IMG/VR virus record: IMGVR_UViG_3300049859_000063
Span: 1 to 48,594 of that record
DNA from: a virus
Lineage: Duplodnaviria; Caudoviricetes
Reading direction: 5' to 3' (one strand)
Length of the DNA stretch: 48,594 bases
The notes under the pieces were generated by a model. The model was not told the DNA's origin. It did not search any database and saw only the letters and a program-made list of their open reading frames with translations. Positions 44,879 to 48,594 of this stretch are shown piece after piece; position 1 is the first letter of the stretch, and each line of letters begins with the position of its first letter. The position numbers were made by a program, and so were the translations under genes.

Positions 44879-46264
44879 TTATATTACACGGACAGTATGC
44901 CCGCCGGTCGCAGCAGCAATCCACGACAAGTCCACGGTCCGACTATCGGCTGCCAACGAGGCTTGTTGTGTTGCGCTCTTACTCGGTTGTGCTTGAAGAA
45001 TTGCCTTATAAGCAGATTCATGCACCCCGTCAACATTAACGCCAAGCATCTCTAGCGCAGCGCCATAGACTTCGCTAGCACTATCGAACGCAAGTGACAT
45101 TTCACCGACATAAGGCGTAACTATCTTCAACGCCTCATTCATTTCCTGTACACGCTTAACAGCGAGATCGGTGCTTGCCTTAATTGCCGCATCCATCGCT
45201 TTGACACTGACATAGTTCTTCGGTGCCTTCCGTTTAGCATCGGAAGCCATCCGAGGCTTGCCAGTCTCTTCGTCGATTTCTTCAGTCGCATCCATCGCCA
45301 TTTCTTCAGACTCTTCGGTTGATAGCATTTGCTTTACTTGTGCAATTGCGTCGGGATTCAACCCTTGTGCTGTTAGAAACTGCAAGATAGCATCGTGCGG
45401 ATCAGCGTCTTCGGTTGGTTTGTTTTCCTCGGTTGGTGCGGGTGGTTCTTCTTCATCCATCGCCACGACATCGCCGTCGAGACCGTCCAGTAGCTTGGTG
45501 AGGTCTTCAATCGACGCATCGCTACCTAGAACCTTAGCCAACTTCGCCGCAATAGCTGGTTTTTGCAATACCCATTTCTTCGCTGTAATACCCGCAGTTG
45601 CAGCATCAACGTCGAACTTGGAATCCTTCGCTAAAATCTGTTTACCGAGCACAGCTTTGATTGCAACAGCAACCACCCGCCCGGTTAGTCCTCGTCTCTT
45701 CATATCATTAACCCCTTCGTTTATTGAATCGAACACATATACGTCTGAACCTGCACGACCAGCTTTAACCAAAGCCACGTGATTGCCCCGTATATTACGC
45801 ATAATACCATCATAATCTTCACCTTCATAGCTACCGGCTGTCATATCAGCATCGTACCAATATGAACAGCTAATTTCTTTAGCAGATTCGTCTTCGATCC
45901 CATCAATGGCGTCGGCGTCCCATATCGCCAAGCTATTCATCAAGTAAGGTTCTTTGAACACCGCATCACTGCCGGTCGTACCTACAATCGAATCTTTTTC
46001 CGGCTTCTCTGCATTGACTTCGATGTGTTTATTCAATAGCGGTAGATTGTTGAAAGTGGGCGCGGCTTTCTTCAGTTCGTCGGGATCACGCAACATCCGA
46101 TAGAGTTTGTTCGGATCAAGACCGATTTCCTCGCCGCCCATGATTTCACTGCCAGCGTATTCGTTAACAACCGCTTTACTTATGTTCGTAAGGCTGACGT
46201 GAAGCCGCCCATCGACATCTTTAAATCTTACTGTGCTTTTATCGAACGCTAAACCCATTGACAC
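44879..46264 (-). CDS. Prohead protease/scaffold (DUF2213-like)
   Basis: DGRLHV..TNISKA, TFNNLPLL..H, EISCSY, GNHVALV..GRAG; acidic scaffold C-terminus. Start is GTG 46264 or ATG 46258. Confidence 0.88.
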   Translation of the reverse strand: MSMGLAFDKSTVRFKDVDGRLHVSLTNISKAVVNEYAGSEIMGGEEIGLDPNKLYRMLRDPDELKKAAPTFNNLPLLNKHIEVNAEKPEKDSIVGTTGSDAVFKEPYLMNSLAIWDADAIDGIEDESAKEISCSYWYDADMTAGSYEGEDYDGIMRNIRGNHVALVKAGRAGSDVYVFDSINEGVNDMKRRGLTGRVVAVAIKAVLGKQILAKDSKFDVDAATAGITAKKWVLQKPAIAAKLAKVLGSDASIEDLTKLLDGLDGDVVAMDEEEPPAPTEENKPTEDADPHDAILQFLTAQGLNPDAIAQVKQMLSTEESEEMAMDATEEIDEETGKPRMASDAKRKAPKNYVSVKAMDAAIKASTDLAVKRVQEMNEALKIVTPYVGEMSLAFDSASEVYGAALEMLGVNVDGVHESAYKAILQAQPSKSATQQASLAADSRTVDLSWIAAATGGHTVRVI

Positions 46265-46286
46265 CCCCTGATTAGTTGGCTATACT
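46258..46286 (+). promoter_or_regulatory. Near-consensus plus-strand sigma70 promoter, antisense to the late operon
   Basis: TTGACA 46258-46263, 17 bp, TATACT 46281-46286. Confidence 0.8.
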
Positions 46287-46291
46287 ATATC

Positions 46292-46371
46292 ACACAATCT
46301 CCTGAAGGGTTGTAATCTCTGAGGCCGTCGATGGATTTTAAGCCATGTTACCAGTGACGGCCTCTTTTTTT
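46292..46371 (+). ncRNA. Candidate small RNA 2 (~80 nt), anti-Shine-Dalgarno type
   Basis: Promoter-terminator unit with no ORF. 5' hairpin ACAAUCU-CCUGAA-GGGUUGU; complementary to the leaders at 19279, 21165 and 24573. Confidence 0.65.
46321..46371 (+). terminator. Plus-strand intrinsic terminator
   Basis: GAGGCCGTC (46321-46329)...GACGGCCTC (46356-46364) followed by a T run. Confidence 0.75.
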
Positions 46372-47126
46372 TATTCAGGTATCACAGCTCTACTCACGCA
46401 CCGGCAGTTTATCATTTCACCCGGTCTGATATATTCCCCGTCAATATAAGCCCCTTGTTTAATGTCGAACACAAGCTTATCGCGCCCAGCCTTAACATGA
46501 GATTGCCTAGGGGTTTTCCCACCGCCTGAGTGAATCCACACTGCTTTAGTTAAACCGAGCTCTAACTGGCGAGTCGCAACAATCTGCGCAGTAGCTTTAT
46601 TGTTCTGATCACGGGCAATTAGCACAGCTCTGTTTCGAGTTACGTTGTAACGTTTCATCAGCTCATCAGTCATATATTTCAAATCCCGACCGTTTGCAGC
46701 ACTACGCAACACAATACCCTCGATGTCGTCGAAGTATTCGGATGAGATCGATTTGATCAAGCTTACTTGTTCGCCGACAGATGCCTGCATTGTGTTGCGC
46801 ATCGCATCGGTGTATCGGAAATTAACGCTCATCTGTTTGCCGAGCGAATGATCAACACGACGTTTGATAATCTCGCTGAACTTGATAGCAAGACCTCCCG
46901 CTTCATCGGCGAATCGCTTAGACCAACGCCCCCTCAATTTCTTGATACGTGCTTGCAACTCGCTGACCGGACTCGCATCCATTGCTAGGCGCGACTCGTT
47001 GGCTTTGTATGAGGCGCGTAACCAATAGAGCGTGCTTGCTGCCATTTCGTCTATGAGCGATTGCAGCGCTTTGCGGAAATCGGCTTCCGTGCCGACATTG
47101 GGGTGAATAGGCTTCAGCAGTTTCAT
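46371..47126 (-). CDS. Head morphogenesis protein (MuF/SPP1 gp7-like)
   Basis: RA.LIARDQNNKA, W.HS, R.SH, PGEMINCRC; start ATG 47126. Confidence 0.9.
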   Translation of the reverse strand: MKLLKPIHPNVGTEADFRKALQSLIDEMAASTLYWLRASYKANESRLAMDASPVSELQARIKKLRGRWSKRFADEAGGLAIKFSEIIKRRVDHSLGKQMSVNFRYTDAMRNTMQASVGEQVSLIKSISSEYFDDIEGIVLRSAANGRDLKYMTDELMKRYNVTRNRAVLIARDQNNKATAQIVATRQLELGLTKAVWIHSGGGKTPRQSHVKAGRDKLVFDIKQGAYIDGEYIRPGEMINCRCVSRAVIPE

Positions 47127-48400
47127 TAAACGTCTTCTTCCCAATTCAGCGTTACCGCACAGTCTGATGCCAATTGCTGATTAGCAACGACAGTGACTAT
47201 TTCACCTGGATAAACAAACACATCGCGGCCATCTAGCAGCACATCACCACTACTAGCTGAGCGAGCGACGGAGGTGTTAAACACTATGTTGCCTGTGGTC
47301 GTGGGGTTAGATACCGTTCCGGAAACGTCAACGGACACGATACTATTGCCCGAAGTGATGGTATTACCATTATCCCCAGTTGAACCGTTGATCGGAGTGA
47401 ACGAAGGCGAGCCCGTCAGCGTTGCTCCTTTGCGAACGGTAAGGATGCCGATGTTGCTGCCTGACCCCGACCCGCCGTCACCTGTGTAAGACAGACTTCG
47501 CAACCGAATAATCGAACGGTTCGGCACGCCGTTATAGGTCGTGCAATTCTTGATTGACAATATGGCGGTATCAGTGTTAGCTAGCACCGTGGTACGGCGA
47601 GACGTTCCGTTTTGAGGCCCTAAATATAATTTCTCACCGGTCAAGAATATACCGACCGAACCTGAGTAAAGCGCGACATCAGACGCACCGCCACCGCTGT
47701 TGATATTCTCAGCCCACAAGTAGAACGTTGGGTTGCTGAACTCGGTGATATTAGTCGAATTAGCGTACCTGATTGTGTGTACCAGTATGAATCTACCGCT
47801 GATCGGCTCTTGGACAAACCACTCTATGTCACCGTACCCTAGGTAGGGATATTTAATCACCCACACGTTTCCGAATGCCGGATTGATAACCATACCGCTA
47901 GGCCCGGTCCCGTCCAGCTTGTCGCCGTTGAAATTAGCCTGATGAATCCAGTTCTCTACGATAGTGCCGCTCCCACTGTTCCTATGCAGTAGGGAAAAAT
48001 CAACCCCATCATAACCAACACCCACGCCATCGGAATCGGTCAAAGCGCCAAGCACCCTACGGTTATTGATCACACCGGCATCCATCGGACAGGTTATTCG
48101 AATCAGAACACCTTGCCCCGCGCGATATTTAGCCGAGCGTACCGAGCGAAATTTAGCCGTACTGTTCGGCGTTGTGCCGGTCGATAATTTAAGGCGACTG
48201 TTGCTTGTGGTGACTGTGCCCGACCCGGTTGTTGAAGGCACTCCTGTTTGAGTATTGATGCCATACACCCAATCCATTTGAATGATTGGGAACAGTCGAG
48301 TCGTGATTAGATCGCCGAATGCTGACATGTTAGATTTGTCGAACTGGATCGGAAATTGACTCGTGCCCAAGCCCGCGCCGGTTGTTGTTGCTTGTCCCAT
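47126..48400 (-). CDS. Beta-rich (lectin-like) putative virion accessory protein
   Basis: 424 aa; SAFGDL, KYRAGQG, Q.NFNGDKLDGTGPSG, YLGYG, VHTIRYAN; located in the head module. Confidence 0.65.
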   Translation of the reverse strand: MGQATTTGAGLGTSQFPIQFDKSNMSAFGDLITTRLFPIIQMDWVYGINTQTGVPSTTGSGTVTTSNSRLKLSTGTTPNSTAKFRSVRSAKYRAGQGVLIRITCPMDAGVINNRRVLGALTDSDGVGVGYDGVDFSLLHRNSGSGTIVENWIHQANFNGDKLDGTGPSGMVINPAFGNVWVIKYPYLGYGDIEWFVQEPISGRFILVHTIRYANSTNITEFSNPTFYLWAENINSGGGASDVALYSGSVGIFLTGEKLYLGPQNGTSRRTTVLANTDTAILSIKNCTTYNGVPNRSIIRLRSLSYTGDGGSGSGSNIGILTVRKGATLTGSPSFTPINGSTGDNGNTITSGNSIVSVDVSGTVSNPTTTGNIVFNTSVARSASSGDVLLDGRDVFVYPGEIVTVVANQQLASDCAVTLNWEEDV

Positions 48401-48408
48401 GATTACCC

Positions 48409-48467
48409 CTAGTTAGTTGTTACAGTTACGCCGCGCCCTTGAAGCGTTACTTTAGCAGCAAGCCCCG
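48409..48467 (-). CDS. 3' end of the LRR-like repeat protein that starts at 1510
   Basis: In-frame continuation ...TGLAAKVTLQGRGVTVTTN* with TAG at 48409-48411. Confidence 0.85.
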
Positions 48468-48594
48468 TGGCGCTTGGAGTCGATGACGTTCCGGTTATTG
48501 TCACAGTTCGGCCAGTACCATAGAGCGTAGTCCCGCCTGTTCCATCCAGTGCGGCAAGTCGCACGAGGATGTTATCGACCGAGGCTTGATTGAG
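48468..48594. repeat. 127-bp terminal direct repeat (copy 2)
   Basis: Identical to 1-127. Confidence 0.95.

Noticed and set aside
48468-48594. 127-bp terminal repeat as a biological DTR
   Set aside because: It falls inside a coding sequence and equals a common assembler k-mer, so it indicates circular assembly rather than true genome ends.
1-48594. Temperate or phage-plasmid lifestyle, tRNA genes, alternative genetic code
   Set aside because: No integrase, ParA/ParB or plasmid Rep was recognised; no cloverleaf was noticed by eye (tRNAscan not run); core genes are uninterrupted in the standard code.

Overview
The window is a complete, circularly permuted tailed-phage genome of 48,467 bp. Bases 1-127 are repeated exactly at 48468-48594, which looks like an assembly overlap. 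It has myovirus (contractile tail) architecture with a Bcep781/OP2-like structural module, and I found no integrase. The minus strand carries the packaging, head and tail genes, read from ~6650 down through the origin and from 48467 to 27530, plus a helicase/VRR-NUC/primase block (7170-11776). The plus strand (11946-27529) carries an early/accessory arm: exonuclease, SSB, PolB-type polymerase, dcd, tmk, GNAT, several secreted or lipoproteins, tandem paralog families and a class 3 lipase. Most notable points: (1) A sigma70 promoter plus intrinsic terminator define a ~80-nt antisense-oriented small RNA at ~46292-46371. Its 5' hairpin is complementary (10-12 nt perfect) to the ribosome-binding leaders behind a family of repeated, operator-containing early promoters, making it a candidate multi-target anti-Shine-Dalgarno sRNA. 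A second sRNA unit of the same design lies at ~9468-9548. (2) One ~65-70 aa Gly/Thr-rich domain is inserted in four different virion proteins and also fused to an XRE HTH regulator. (3) A three-gene repeat-protein cassette sits between portal and MuF, including a 522-aa LRR-like gene that crosses the contig ends and is missed by the ORF track. (4) There is no recognisable free endolysin. All calls come from reading motifs by eye; no database searches were run.
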